The notes beneath the pieces were generated by a model. The model was not told where the DNA came from. It did no database searches and worked only from the letters and a program-made list of their open reading frames with translations. DNA of 63,663 nucleotides, filler included, from Octopus bimaculoides (Eukaryota): the NCBI RefSeq assembly GCF_001194135.2. It is 5 parts of 5 records of this genome, joined end to end, with 100 filler letters (N's around TTAATTAATTAA, not from the genome) between each part and the next. Parts side by side here need not be neighbours in the genome. Positions count along the whole stretch, not along the records: positions 1 to 25,328 come from NC_069006.1; positions 25,429 to 29,247 come from NC_068983.1; 3 more parts are not named here. One strand, given 5' to 3'. This document shows positions 13,011 through 25,465 of the stretch, in pieces (positions within the stretch are counted from its first letter, which is position 1; each line of letters starts with the position of its first letter). A program made the translations under genes and the position numbers.

Positions 13011-13949
13011 GTCTTACCTAGAGCGCATATTACTTAACAACCTATAAAAGCTGATCACGGACTACTTATTCACTTCCTCCTCCTCCTCCTACCTCTCTCT
13101 CTACACATGAAAAAAAAAAAATCAGACGTAGTATTATGCACGAGGAAAAAGAAGAAAACAAGGAGTTGTGATGCAAACGGACGAAGAGAAGTAGAGAAAT
13201 GCCAAGCCACCGGAAGAGGAAGGAACCGAAGGAAGAGAAAGACCAAGAAAGATAAGGGGCAGAAGTCTTGAAAGCTGACCCCAGGAGGGTGAACGTTGTA
13301 AAATAGATGACAGCCGGAGAAGGGCAATATACATACATATCTATACATACAGTTGAGGTGTGTTCTATTAAGAACATATATGAGTACAAATAGAGTTCGT
13401 TCAGCCTTAGAATTCCCAAATAGCTGGTAGTATTCTTATGGATCTTCTTATATAGGTAAATCGTTACATAATTTAATTTCAACTTAACTTTAAATCCTGT
13501 ATATACGAGGATCTGTATATATCGAAACATTTGTAGTGATTAAAAAGCTGCCTAACCATATTTACTCTTCCTTTTGACTCTTTTTTTCCAAAATTTTGAG
13601 TTGGTGGGGATATATAATCCAAGCAGGTACCAATATGCACTTCTACCGATTATTAACCAGCTTTATCAATCAGAAGTGTGTGTGTATATATATATATATA
13701 TGTATGCATGTAGGTGTATGAGGAAACGTTGGCAAGTGAGAGATACTGGTTGTGTAGGAAAGGAGATGAGGCGAGGAAAGCGTTAGGAAATATATAAAGA
13801 ACAGGGTTTATTCAAAGTTTACGATGTACCTGTAATTATCTACGTCCGAGTGAGTAGATGCAGACATCGGCAAATACCTGTAAATGTAGAGCAGAAAATA
13901 GCGGAATCTGTTAATATACATTATATGACGACGTGTGCACTACACAGGA

Positions 13950-13982
<33 letters not shown>

Positions 13983-14213
13983 AATGTATATGTGATATGT
14001 TGGACTAACGAGTATACCTCAATTAGTGTGCTGATGTGTTGAGTAAAGCACTTCCACAGTTTGGGCTACCTGGTGTCATCCACAGTCGGGGTGTGTTTCC
14101 TTTGGATTGACTTCAGGAATTCTGCACTGTTATCATCGTTAGTTGAGATGATAATTGATTAAGTAAACAGAAGAGTTATACCAATTCCATCTTCTGTTTA
14201 CTTAATTGATTAT

Positions 14214-14255
<42 letters not shown>

Positions 14256-14487
14256 TGCGTGTGTGTATAATACGCACTTATATAGAAACACATATACATA
14301 CATACATGTAGATATACACACTCACACATGTACATACAAGTACATACATATACACGTACATATAAGTACATACACACACACACACATATATATATATACA
14401 TACAGACCAAGTTCATACATACATTCATATATATATATATATACATACAAATATGTACACACACACACATACAATTATACAGACACA

Positions 14488-14525
<38 letters not shown>

Positions 14526-14865
14526 AACAGTGTGACCTTTGAAAAGACAGTGCGTACATCGTCGGTGCTTTCACTAAATGACATTAATCCAAGCGGAACA
14601 GGTGAACAAGTATTGTTGACAATGATGATGATGATGATGATGATGATACCAGTGACAACATACCACGTTGTTGTTGTTGCTATTGTTGTCAGCTTGCTTC
14701 ATTTCAAGGTCATAAAATGCAGCTTGAGGGAAATGCACTGATATGAACCAAGAAAATATTTTACAGTTTTTTGTCATTGTGGAAAAAAAAAAAAAAATCA
14801 GTGTTAGCATTATTTGTATATGGGATGGGTGGATGAGAGGACAGGTATGTAGGTCAAGAAGTCTA

Positions 14866-14993
14866 CCAAATCTACTCCTAAGGCTTCGGTCGGCCCGTGG
14901 CTATAGCAGAAGACACTTGCCTAAGGTGCCATGCAGTGGGACTGAACCCGGAACCATGTAGTTGAGAAGGAAGCTTCTTACCACACAGCCACA
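14866..14993 (-). mobile_element. SINE family A 5' part, truncated by a gap
   Basis: AGAAGACACTTGCCTAAGGTGCCATGCAGTGGGACTGAACCCGGAACC. Confidence 0.85.
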
Positions 14994-15068
14994 NNNNNNN
15001 NNNNNNNNNNNNNNNNNNNNNNNNNNNNNNNNNNNNNNNCTGTGCCTATAAAAAATTTGTGTGTGTTT

Positions 15069-15108
<40 letters not shown>

Positions 15109-16008
15109 GCGCGCGCGCATGAGTAAGACAGAAGAATGTACATACTCCCCCCACCGTCATACCCTCATTAAATTACTACCTGAATTTTGTATATGCGTGT
15201 GCGTGAATGTGTGCGTGTGTGCGTGTGTGTGTGTGTGTGTGTCCGCAACTAAATCACTATGTGAGAAAAATCAAGATTTTTCTTAAGGCATTTCACATTC
15301 CTTCTGAGCGTTGCTGTTGTTGCTGTTTGTGTGGAGTCATATGGAAAAAAGAATTAGAATAGAAAAATTGGAATATAAGTAGCCATGACAACAGTCTATA
15401 ATCGCAATAATCCACAACTAACTGAGCCTACTTATCTGTCTGTCTGTCTGTCTCTCAGTCAACCAGTCTGTCTGTGTCTTTCAGCCCGGCTGTCTGTCTG
15501 TGTGCCTATCTGTCTATCTATCTGTATGTGTGTGTGTTTTTCTGTATGTATGTCAATCTGTGTGTGTGTGTGTGTTTATGTGTGTCTGTCTGTGTCTATG
15601 TGTGTGTATGTGTACATGTCTGTCTGTCTATGTGTGCATGTCTGTGTGTGTGTACGTGTGTGACCGTGCATGTGTGTGTGTGTTTGTCTTTCCTTGTCTG
15701 TCTCACATGCACACAGACAAATATGCATACACACACACATACACACACATTACACACAATGTTACACCACCTCTACCCCCTCCCACCAGTCCAGTAAGGA
15801 ATTTTGACAGCTGTCACAGTATTAAAACATCAAAAAGGGGCCAAGACAAGGCCCCAGTAATGGTTCTGTAAGTAGGACACAATCGGAGGAAATTAACATT
15901 CTCTACCCCACACCCACAGCTGCCGCCCCCCTCACCTTTACATACACACCATAGAACCATAACAGAACAGGGAACACCAAAGTAACATGTCCAGTTGGAT
16001 GGGGGGGG

Positions 16009-16064
<56 letters not shown>

Positions 16065-16621
16065 GAGATGGAAACCAAGAGAAAGGGAGAGAGGCAGGAG
16101 TGGTGGAGGAGAGTAAAGAGAGAGGTGAGTGAGAGGAGAGAGAGAGAGAACAGATCTATCACCTTTGGTCTAATTCAGGAAAAAAAATGTAACATCACAC
16201 ACACACACAGTCTATCATAGAACCATAATAGACCAGTGAACACCTAGAGAGAGAGAGAGAGAGAGAGGTGATATACCTATCACCTTTGATTTAAATCAGG
16301 AAGGAATGTTTGATTAAATTTCTTCAGCCCCACCCCTCCACATCACTGTCTATTACTCTGAAGAAGGCAGAGGAAGGAGGAGGAGAAGGTGATTGTGACT
16401 TTATATCAGTTGAGCTCACAAACCAACAACGTAGATTCCATATGGTCATAAAGTAATATGAACACACACACACACACACACATACACATACACACACATC
16501 GATTTTCTGGAAGATTTAGATCCAAAGTCTTTGCAGATTAGTGATTTTATCCAATACAAGTGCGGTGGTCACTTTGACCAACACATTCTAAATGAAAAAA
16601 AATTAAATTCACTTAATTAAA

Positions 16622-16770
16622 TAGTGGCTGACATTAGGAAGGGCATCCAGCTGTAAAAACCATGCCAAAGCAGACAGTGGAGCTTGGCACGGTTCCCCCA
16701 GGCTTACCATCTCCTGTCAATCCTTCCAACCCATGCCAGCATGGAAAGCAGATGTTAAATGGTGATGGGT
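16622..16770 (+). mobile_element. RTE LINE 3' UTR fragment (family C)
   Basis: TTAGGAAGGGCATCCAGCTGTAAAAACCATGCC...AACCCATGCCAGCATGGAAAGCAGATGTTAAATG. Confidence 0.8.
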
Positions 16771-16939
16771 ATCCCACCCCTGTACATCAGGGTAAATTAG
16801 TATGGATTATAAGATTGTCTGGAAAATCAGTGCTGCTGTACCTGTGTACATATAAGAGAATGTCAAAGGACCTATTATATTATGGTCCTTTAAGTAAACT
16901 TAGTGGCCAGACTCCGACATTACGGATCCATAGAAATAA

Positions 16940-17215
16940 GAGTTGGTTACAGGTAATGACTTGTGCCCTTGAGCAAGTCACTTTACTGCTCATTGCCCCA
17001 GTCCATCTAGCTGGCAAATATGAGTTGTACCTGTAATTCAAAGTGCCATCCTTGTCCCATTCTGTGTTAGAATCTCCCTGAGAACTATGTGAAGTGTCTG
17101 CATGTCTGTGGAATGTTCAGCCACTTGCACATTGATTTTACGAGCAGGCTGTTCCATTGATTGGATCAAATGGAACCCTCGTTATCATAACCGGTGGAGT
17201 GCCATAGTTACATAC
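16940..17215 (+). mobile_element. SINE family D with CORE-like domain
   Basis: TGTGCCCTTGAGCAAGTCACTTTA resembles the MIR/CORE motif from memory. Related to the copy at 28065. Confidence 0.55.
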
Positions 17216-17454
17216 ATTGTTTCAAATTTTGACATAAGGCTGGCAATTTTAGGGGAGTGGGGTTAGCCAATTACATCAGCCCCGGAACTTAACTGATACT
17301 TTATTTCATTAATCCAGGAAGGATGAAAATTTTCTTTAAATTTCAAGACATTATTTTAAATATTAAAACCTACCCCCTCTACTCAACATACACACATACA
17401 GAGACAGACCCACTTAAATATACATCACGCTCTAAGATAATGGGAGCCATCCTT

Positions 17455-17490
<36 letters not shown>

Positions 17491-17843
17491 CGTGTGTGCT
17501 GATTATGATGAGGCAAACGATGACTGGAAGATAATATTTGTCATGAGTAAAAAAAAACAAGGAGATAATGTTTAGTCAGGTGGGCTAAAGAAGCCATTAA
17601 CGAAGTTTTTAACTTCCTCACAAGATGGTCCGACCAGATAAGGAAGCATAAAAGCCCGAAGGGTTGTTAAGAGAAGATAAATCTCCAGAATATCGCAGAT
17701 CTCAGAGCCAGGAACTATATTCCTGATATGTAAAATATAAAACAGCTGTGTTTTAAAACATTTATTAATTGAACAATTTTTTTCTTCTTTCTTTTTATTC
17801 TTTGTAGAAGAAAAGTTTTCCTAGACAGGTTTTTAATATCTGC

Positions 17844-17988
17844 TTAACTCTTTTGTTACCGTATTTCTGGTGAAATACACTGCCTCGAAAATAACGAAGA
17901 ATTTAGTAAAATAACTGTCAATTATGAATTGGTGTCTGGAAATGTAAATCAATGGGGCATCTAAAGATGGAATATTTTAATTTAGATA
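17844..17988 (+). mobile_element. AT-rich DNA-element fragment starting at TTAA (family also at about 22400-22690 and 55790-55998)
   Basis: Shared TTTTGTTAC..., AATACAC..., GAAAATAA.GAA..ATT and GATGGAA..TTTTAAT.TAGAT segments. The copy near 55.9 kb ends GGGTTAA, suggesting piggyBac-like TTAA-CCC termini. Confidence 0.45.
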
Positions 17989-18148
17989 AAGGTGTGGCTG
18001 CGTGGTAAGAAGCTTGCTTCCAAGCCGCATGGTTCTTGGTTCAGTCCCACTGCATGGCACTTTGGGCAGGTCTCTTCTGCTATAACCTGGGGCCGACCAA
18101 AGCCTTGTGAGAGGAGTTGGTCGATGGAAATTGAAAGAAGCCCGTCGT
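17989..18148 (+). mobile_element. SINE family A 5' part
   Basis: A/B boxes, CACTTTGGGCAGGTCTCTTCT CORE-like segment, GACCAAAGCCTTGTGAG. Confidence 0.85.
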
Positions 18149-18447
18149 GTGTCATTCCATTCATTTCATATATTGCATGGAATAAACGGAATGACAAGAG
18201 AACAGGAATGATGGAATTAAGGCTCCTTTGTCACTTATTTTATTTCATATTATGCTCCGGACTCAGCTAATGCTTTTCTCTGAAGCTTATGTATAGTGAG
18301 TTCTAAGACAGGGTTACTAGTATCACTAAGCAATGGATTAACTCGTTATAATCCAGATAATCGTTATCAAAATTAAATTAATGCCTATTTAGTGATGCAA
18401 TTGACAATGATATTTATTAAAGGTGGTGCTCCAGCATGGCCCTCAGT

Positions 18448-18675
18448 ACATACCAATATGTGCATCAGGCAAACTCTGATATTCACCTTCATATATCCTA
18501 GGTATTGCTGCACTAGACCTCCCCCCCTCCCCAAGACATACCAATCTGTGCATCAGACATACTGAAGTACCCACCCTCAGGTATTTCAGATATTTCCACT
18601 CTGGGGCCCCTAAAACATACCAACATGTGCAGCAGACAAGCTGAAATACCCAGCCTCAGGAATTCTGAATATTTC
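18448..18675. repeat. Three diverged ~80-bp tandem units
   Basis: ACATACCAA..TGTGCA.CAG.CA...CTGA recurs at 18448, 18536 and 18615. Confidence 0.7.
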
Positions 18676-19410
18676 AGCTGCAGTCTTTTATGCCATACTA
18701 ACCACATACACAGCCAAATAGAGGCAGAACAGCTATTCACCCTTATTGCTATTTACCCTTCAAGCCAGAAAAATTATGCATTAATTACTTTTGCAGTGAG
18801 AACAATATAAATATAAACAATAATAATAATAATAATAATAACAATAATAATGATAATAAATCTGACCCCTTGCAAATCCCCTTGTTTACCATTTAAGGTA
18901 AAGATTACCAAAAGAGATTGTTTGTAACTAAAACAGAAAGTAATATTTTTATGATTCTAGCCATAAAAGTTATCAGCTGACGACGTCATCGTCACCGTCG
19001 TCATCACCGCCGTCGTCGTCGGTGACTGTTAAAGCTGACTGTTCTGATATTTTCTATTTTGGTTTCACAGTCAGATGATATAATTAACGAAAACACATCG
19101 AGCAGCATTGATATGGTCAGGTTAACATATGGTACAGCACACAAACCACAGACACAGCTTTCTGTCTTCGCTGTCTGCCCTACCCGCACCCCTAACCCCA
19201 CGTCCGCTTTTAGGGTTCCTTTTGGTAAGATTATACGCCAATATTATTTTACTGGTTTAGACTGTGACCATGTTGCAGCATTGCATTGCATTGAAGGGTT
19301 TTAAATCTACCCCCAATACATATTTTTCAATTTCTATGAAAATGTTAAATTGCTATTTTTTTTTTTTTTACATAAATAGCCACAACACACAGACAGACTG
19401 GGAAGTCGAT

Positions 19411-19594
19411 TTATTCTTTTATTTGTTTCAGTCATTTGGCTGTGGCCATGCTGGAGCACTGCCTTTAGTCGAACAAATCAACTCCAGGACTTATTCTTTG
19501 TAAGCACAAGGCTTTCGCTGGCCTGAGGCTATAGTAGAAGAAACTTGCCCAAGGTGCCATGCAGTAGGACTGAACTTGGAACCATGTGGTTGGG
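19411..19594 (-). mobile_element. SINE family A with the middle deleted (3' tail fused to CORE/head)
   Basis: ...CTTATTCTTTGTAAGC is joined directly to ACAAGGCTTT...; in the 49432 copy these two segments are about 170 bp apart. Confidence 0.8.
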
Positions 19595-21084
19595 NNNNNN
19601 NNNNNNNNNNNNNNNNNNNNNNNNNNNNNNNNNNNNNNNNNNNNNNNNNNNNNNNNNNNNNNNNNNNNNNNNNNNNNNNNNNNNNNNNNNNNNNNNNNNN
19701 NNNNNNNNNNNNNNNNNNNNNNNNTATATATATTCCCCGATGTGCACTTAAACTCATTCATCCGTATGAATGCATTTCACTGATTGCCGTTCTGGAGAGT
19801 GAGAATGGGTGTGGAGTGAGGTGAGTGGTGGGGAGGGGGGAGAGGGGGAACCCCAGGCAGTTAATTGTTACCTCACAGGAAAAAACACACCGAGACGAAG
19901 CAATGTTGAAGCCGGTCTTTTTGAAGTTAAGTAGGAACCACGGAACCGACCGGCAAGCGGATCTCGTTTCAGCGGTGCACCTGGCGCCACTGCCACCCTC
20001 GCTGCTGTCGGCACCACCACTGCCACCGCCATAAACACTACTACCTCTACCACTAACACCACCACAACCATTTTCACCACTACTATCACCACTACCGCCA
20101 CCACCACCACTGCTATCACCACCGCCACCACCATCATCATCACCCCTAGTGTTGTTGTCATTGTTTTTGCGATTATTGCACCCTCTCTCTTTCCACCCTA
20201 TTCCTCTCTCTCTCTCTTCCCTTCTCCCCTCCTCCTTTCTCTCTCTCTTCCCTTCTCCCCCTCCTCTCTCTCTTTTCCCTTCTCTCCCCTTCCTTTCTCT
20301 CTCTCCCTCTCNNNNNNNNNNNNNNNNNNNNNNNNNNNNNNNNNNNNNNNNNNNNNNNNNNNNNNNNNNNNNNNNNNNNNNNNNNNNNNNNNNNNNNNNN
20401 NNNNNNNNNNNNNNNNNNNNNNNNNNNNNNNNNNNNNNNNNNNNNNNNNNNNNNNNNNNNNNNNNNNNNNNNNNNNNNNNNNNNNNNNNNNNNNNNNNNN
20501 NNNNNNNNNNNNNNNNNNNNNNNNNNNNNNNNNNNNNNNNNNNNNNNNNNNNNNNNNNNNNNNNNNNNNNNNNNNNNNNNNNNNNNNNNNNNNNNNNNNN
20601 NNNNNNNNNNNNNNNNNNNNNNNNNNNTCCAAATGCCATTACGGTTGTTCTTTGGCATCTAACATACTATTTACTATAATTACCGTCGCTGGTGAAACTG
20701 TTATTATGGCGTGGGAGGAGTGGGTGGAGGTAGACGTTGCAATGGAGTAGGAGGATGCGTGCGCGGGTGGGGGAGTAGTAGTGAGATCCTGACTAATCAC
20801 CTCCACGAACCAGTTTCAAATCCTACCCTAGAACTGTTCCACGTCACCAGTACACATTTCAGATAAGGCATAAACACCACAGCTTCCCATTTATTTCCCA
20901 CCAGTTATGACCATCATGCAAGAAAGCGGTATTACTAAAAAACATATAGTCTAAGATACACGATGACTGAACAAACAACAGGATTAGAGAGCCTTTGACT
21001 GTAAGTCTGTTGGAACAGATCCGACTTCAGGATAAACAAAAAAATCTTGCTTTTAGTATTGTTTTTCTTTGATTTTTTATTTTT

Positions 21085-21245
21085 TCTTCATCATCATTTA
21101 ATGTCCATTTTCCATGCTGGCATAGGTTGGACAGTTTGACTGGAAACTGGACAGCTGCGCCAGGCTCCAGTCTGATTCGGCATGGTTTCTACAGCTGGAT
21201 GCCCTTCCTAACGCCAACCACTCCGAGAGTGTAGTGGGTGGTTTC
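21085..21245 (-). mobile_element. RTE LINE 3' UTR fragment (family C)
   Basis: CATCATCATTTAATGTCCATTTTCCATGCTGGC...GGATGCCCTTCCTAACGCCAACCACTCCGAGAGTGTAG. Confidence 0.85.
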
Positions 21246-21855
21246 TACACAGGGATACAGCACACCAGTCCTAACACCAGACTAGACTTAGTAATCTATC
21301 TACTAAACTATAGACTATACTATGTGCAGTAATCTTCTAAAATATTCATCTTTGTGGTTTTGGGATTAGCGAGAAACAGTTATTTTCTCTCATCAAGAAT
21401 GGAATTTGAGATCTGAAGATGCTGACATATAATGCAGGGCCAATTATTGTTTCATGTGTGTGAATGAGGTATAACTTCACCCAGGTAATTAAGGGCCGTG
21501 TGTGTGTGTGTGTGTGTGTGTGAAAGAGGGAAAGGATAAGTGTAGGAAGAGAAACAGAAATGCAATGTGTTTGAGAAGAGTGTGTTTGTGTGAATACATG
21601 CACACATATATACATACGCGAGGAGATATTTATACACACACACACACACACACGCAAATATATACACAAGTTTTCACACACACACACACACGCATGCATA
21701 CACACTAATATGCACACACCAGTCCTCATACATATACAAATATACACACGCAAGTATTCACACACATACATACACACAAGTCCTCATTCATATACAAATA
21801 TATACACATAAGTCTTCACACACATTCATTCATATAAATACGCACACATAAGTAT

Positions 21856-21889
<34 letters not shown>

Positions 21890-23046
21890 TACACATAAAA
21901 GTATTGAACACACACACACACACACACACGTTAGCACTTCCGCCCCCGACCCCCACCTCCCTGGCATATATATAAATAATAAACAGATATGTTTATGAAA
22001 CACGTAACCAAAAGAGATTTCCTTGACACAAAGTAACCAAAAACGCCATCCGAGTCAAACAAATGACATTTTGATATCTCCCCCCCCCCCACCAGATTCT
22101 GCGGTCTGTAGACATTGCATAATGGGCCTATGGCAGCAACGCTTACCAAAATAGCATCACAACCTGAAAATAATGTGCCAAACAGATGTGGGGGGAGAAA
22201 TAGCAGAGATTACACGAGGGAAAAAAATGCTTTTGTAATGAAGCACAAATGACTAGAGTTGCAAACAGCTAACCTTAAGTACAAACACACTAAAAACAAA
22301 AAAGAAAAAAATAACATTCATTGCTGCGAACAGAGGACAGTGAGAGTCACTATGTGGTTATATATTGTGGTAGAAATAGCAGCTAAATGTCCCTTAAATT
22401 CTATCGAGCTTAATCGTTTTGTTACCATAATGCTGTTGAAATATTGTGTTTATTTCAAATAATTTTTTAAATAATGACAGGATTTAGTAACAAAGTTTTG
22501 ATGGAAGTTTTTTTTTTTAATTTTAGATCGCTTTAACCGTTTTGTAATTGTATTTCTCTTAAAATACACAGCTTTCGTTTCAGTAAATTTTGAAAATAAT
22601 GAAAAAATTGAGGAAAATGACTGTCCTAAGTTTAGCGAGGGTTTGGAACATAAATTATGGAAAGTTTTAATGTTGATCGCTTTAAACCTTACACCGAGAG
22701 TGTAATGGGTGCTCTTTACGTGCCACCAGCACAGGAGCCACGCCCCATTAAAAGTGCCACCCGGGGCAGACCGAAAGCTACACTAGTGGCAGAATTGTTA
22801 ACTCAGAACGTAAAGATGGACGGAATACGTGCTAACAATTCCGCCAACTCACAACCTAATATATCGATGTTTAAGCACACCAGATTAATAACACGATGCA
22901 GAAGTCTGTCCCATTATTATGAGAGCTCATCACACGGTCACTGTCTATAATTGCACAACTTTATAGATGGAATGTGAATCAAAAAGGTGGGTTGTGTGTA
23001 TGGGTGGGGGGAGCCAGATTACAATTGGTTTTATCTCTATTATTTA

Positions 23047-23060
23047 GTTGCCATAGTAAC
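23047..23060. promoter_or_regulatory. Canonical RFX X-box motif GTTGCCATAGTAAC
   Basis: Exact fit to the GTNRCC-AT-RGYAAC consensus. Motif match only; no functional evidence. Confidence 0.35.
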
Positions 23061-23607
23061 CAAAACAGATTATCAAATATGCATAAAGAGCTTTATCGTT
23101 TCAGTTTCATTATTTATCTACGTGCATTGTTAAGTAGGATAAAGGCTGGCTGTTGTGTTTAAGAAGGCACAGGACGACGAGTGGAGGGATACCAGTTGCA
23201 ATGGGTTTATAAGTAAGGTAACTGCTTAGCAATCCATAGCCCCAGTCTGCCTGGCTGACAAACGAGTTCAGAAGCGAAGTAAATTGGTTTGCTGTACAGA
23301 AAAGGAAAAGGCAAAAATATATCATTTCAGGTAGTTCCCTTTATAGGGGAGTGATGGTTTTCCGACAGAACTCAATAACTAGATTGGAGAGAAGAGAGAG
23401 AGAGAGAGGATAAGAGAGGGAGAGAGAGAGGATAAGAGAGGGAGAGAGAAAGGTAGAGATGGAGAGAAAAATAAAAAAAAGGTAATTTTGTAGATGTTTT
23501 GCAAAACCCTTGATGTGAAATCATATGTTGACCCAAATGGTGTTGTCTTGGGTGGGTCGTTTTGCCAACACAAACACTTACACTGGTTCTATTTCATTTA
23601 TTATTAA

Positions 23608-23790
23608 CGCGGCAAGCTGGCAGAATCATTAGTACACTGGACACAATGCTTAGTGGCATTTTGTCTGTTTTTACGTTTTGAGTTCAAATTCCACCCAAGT
23701 CGACTTTGCCTTTCTTCCTCCCAGAGTTGATAAAATAAGTACAATTTCAGTACTGAAGTAATCGATTTATCCCTCAATAAACCCATTGAT
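23608..23790 (+). mobile_element. SINE family B
   Basis: GGCAAGCTGGCAGAATCATTAG...GAGTTCAAATTCC...GTCGACTTTGCCTTTC. A partial inverted copy follows at about 23855-23940. Confidence 0.8.
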
Positions 23791-24306
23791 CTCAGCACTA
23801 GAATTGTACCATATTGTATCGACACCCAGAAAGATTACAAGCAATGCTGATGTTGGCAGGATTTGAACTCAAGAATAAAGAGCTGGAACACGTACCACAA
23901 GGTATTTTTTCCCGACACTCTTGCGATTTTGCCAGCTCACTGTTTAAGTTACTACCGCGATCATGACATCATGAAACAGATGGTCCGGAATAAAACTGGG
24001 GGAGTCAGGTCTTGTGGAGGGTGGAGGAGGTTAGGGGTGGAATCAGTTATAGACCGAAAAACAGGAAGTGTTTGTTGGTGAAGATATCACTGCAATATTG
24101 ATGTTGAAATTGTTGCGAAACGACTGGTTGTGGCAATGGGTAGGCTTTCTGGTTTGGTACTGGGTAGACTTAGCCATCATCGTACAGACCAATAAAGGAA
24201 GGCAAAATTAAGGAAAGCAAAATGAAAAGAAGGTAAAAACAAAACAAAAAAATTACTCAAACCTAAGAGACCCAGCCCCCGCCCCAACCCCTGAAGGAGT
24301 TGTGGG

Positions 24307-24496
24307 AATTAGGGGCTGAAGAATTATGTAAAGGGCGTGCGGGGGGAGAATTAGGGTTGAGGAATTATGTAAAGGGGGTGTGGGGGGAGTTAGAGGTGAA
24401 GAATCATGTAAAGGGAGTGGGTGGGGGAGAAGTAGAGTTGAGGAATTATGCAAAGGAGGTGGGTGGGAAGTAGGGGTGGAGAATTAAGTAAAGGGC
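24307..24496. repeat. G-rich minisatellite, about 40 bp x 5
   Basis: Unit approximately AATTAGGGTTGAGGAATTATGTAAAGGGGGTGTGGGGGGAG. Confidence 0.8.
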
Positions 24497-24879
24497 GAGA
24501 GGAACGGTGAAGGAGGTTGGAGGAGGGGGTGAAAATGGAGTGTAGCGGGGTGGGGGTGGGGGTGGAGGTGAAGGAAGCAACGAGATTGCAAGAGATTTGT
24601 CACGGTAACAGCTGACAGGATATTTATTGAGAGTAAAATGAAATATTGCAATAATGATGATGATGATGATGATAATGGTAGTGGTCGTGGTGGTGATAGT
24701 GACTGATGATGATGATGATGGTGGTATCAGTGATTGATTATGACAATGATGATGATGGTGATGATGGCATGGTAACAAGAATAATGAAGATGGTGGTGGT
24801 GGTGGTGGTTATCACAATACAAATGTGATTATGATGATGATGATGACAGCCATTGTAATAATGCCATTGACGATAATTG

Positions 24880-24987
24880 TAAGAAGCCCGTTTTGTAATC
24901 ATGTGGTTTTGGGTTCAGTCCTACAAAATGGCACCTTGGGCAAGGGTCTTCGACTACAGCTTCAGGCCTTGTGAATGAAGGTCAACA

Positions 24988-25018
<31 letters not shown>

Positions 25019-25255
25019 ATGCACCTCTTCATGTCTGCCCTTGAAACTGCTTGACAACTGGTGTTGGTTTGTTTACATCTACATACATTTGCAATTCGGC
25101 ATAAGCGACCAACAATAAACGTCGGACCAATTAAGAAAAAAAAAAAAAAGATAACATAGGTACTAGAGTTGATTTGTTCAACTAAGGTCTTCCAACCCAC
25201 TGCTCCAGCTTGGCTACAGTCCAACGACCGATAGAAGCAAAACAAAACGTAAAAG
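24880..25255 (+). mobile_element. SINE family A, diverged, with internal (GT)n
   Basis: GGGTTCAGTCC...CACCTTGGGCAAG head/CORE, internal (GT)n, and tail CTGCTCCAGCTTGGCTACAGTCC. Confidence 0.7.
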
Positions 25256-25465
25256 ATTAATGAAAAAGGGTGGAGTCTGTCAGAATCTCGTGTTAAATGA
25301 AAGATAACAACTGGATTTCTTGCTAATANNNNNNNNNNNNNNNNNNNNNNNNNNNNNNNNNNNNNNNNNNNNTTAATTAATTAANNNNNNNNNNNNNNNN
25401 NNNNNNNNNNNNNNNNNNNNNNNNNNNNATTTATAAGCCCTAAAATTCACTCCATAATTGCCCAC

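Noticed and set aside
25329-25428. TTAATTAATTAA inside N-runs (also 29248-29347, 35664-35763, 61001-61100)
   Set aside because: Each is exactly 44 N + 12 bp + 44 N = 100 bp with stops in all six frames. It is an assembly gap spacer, not biology.
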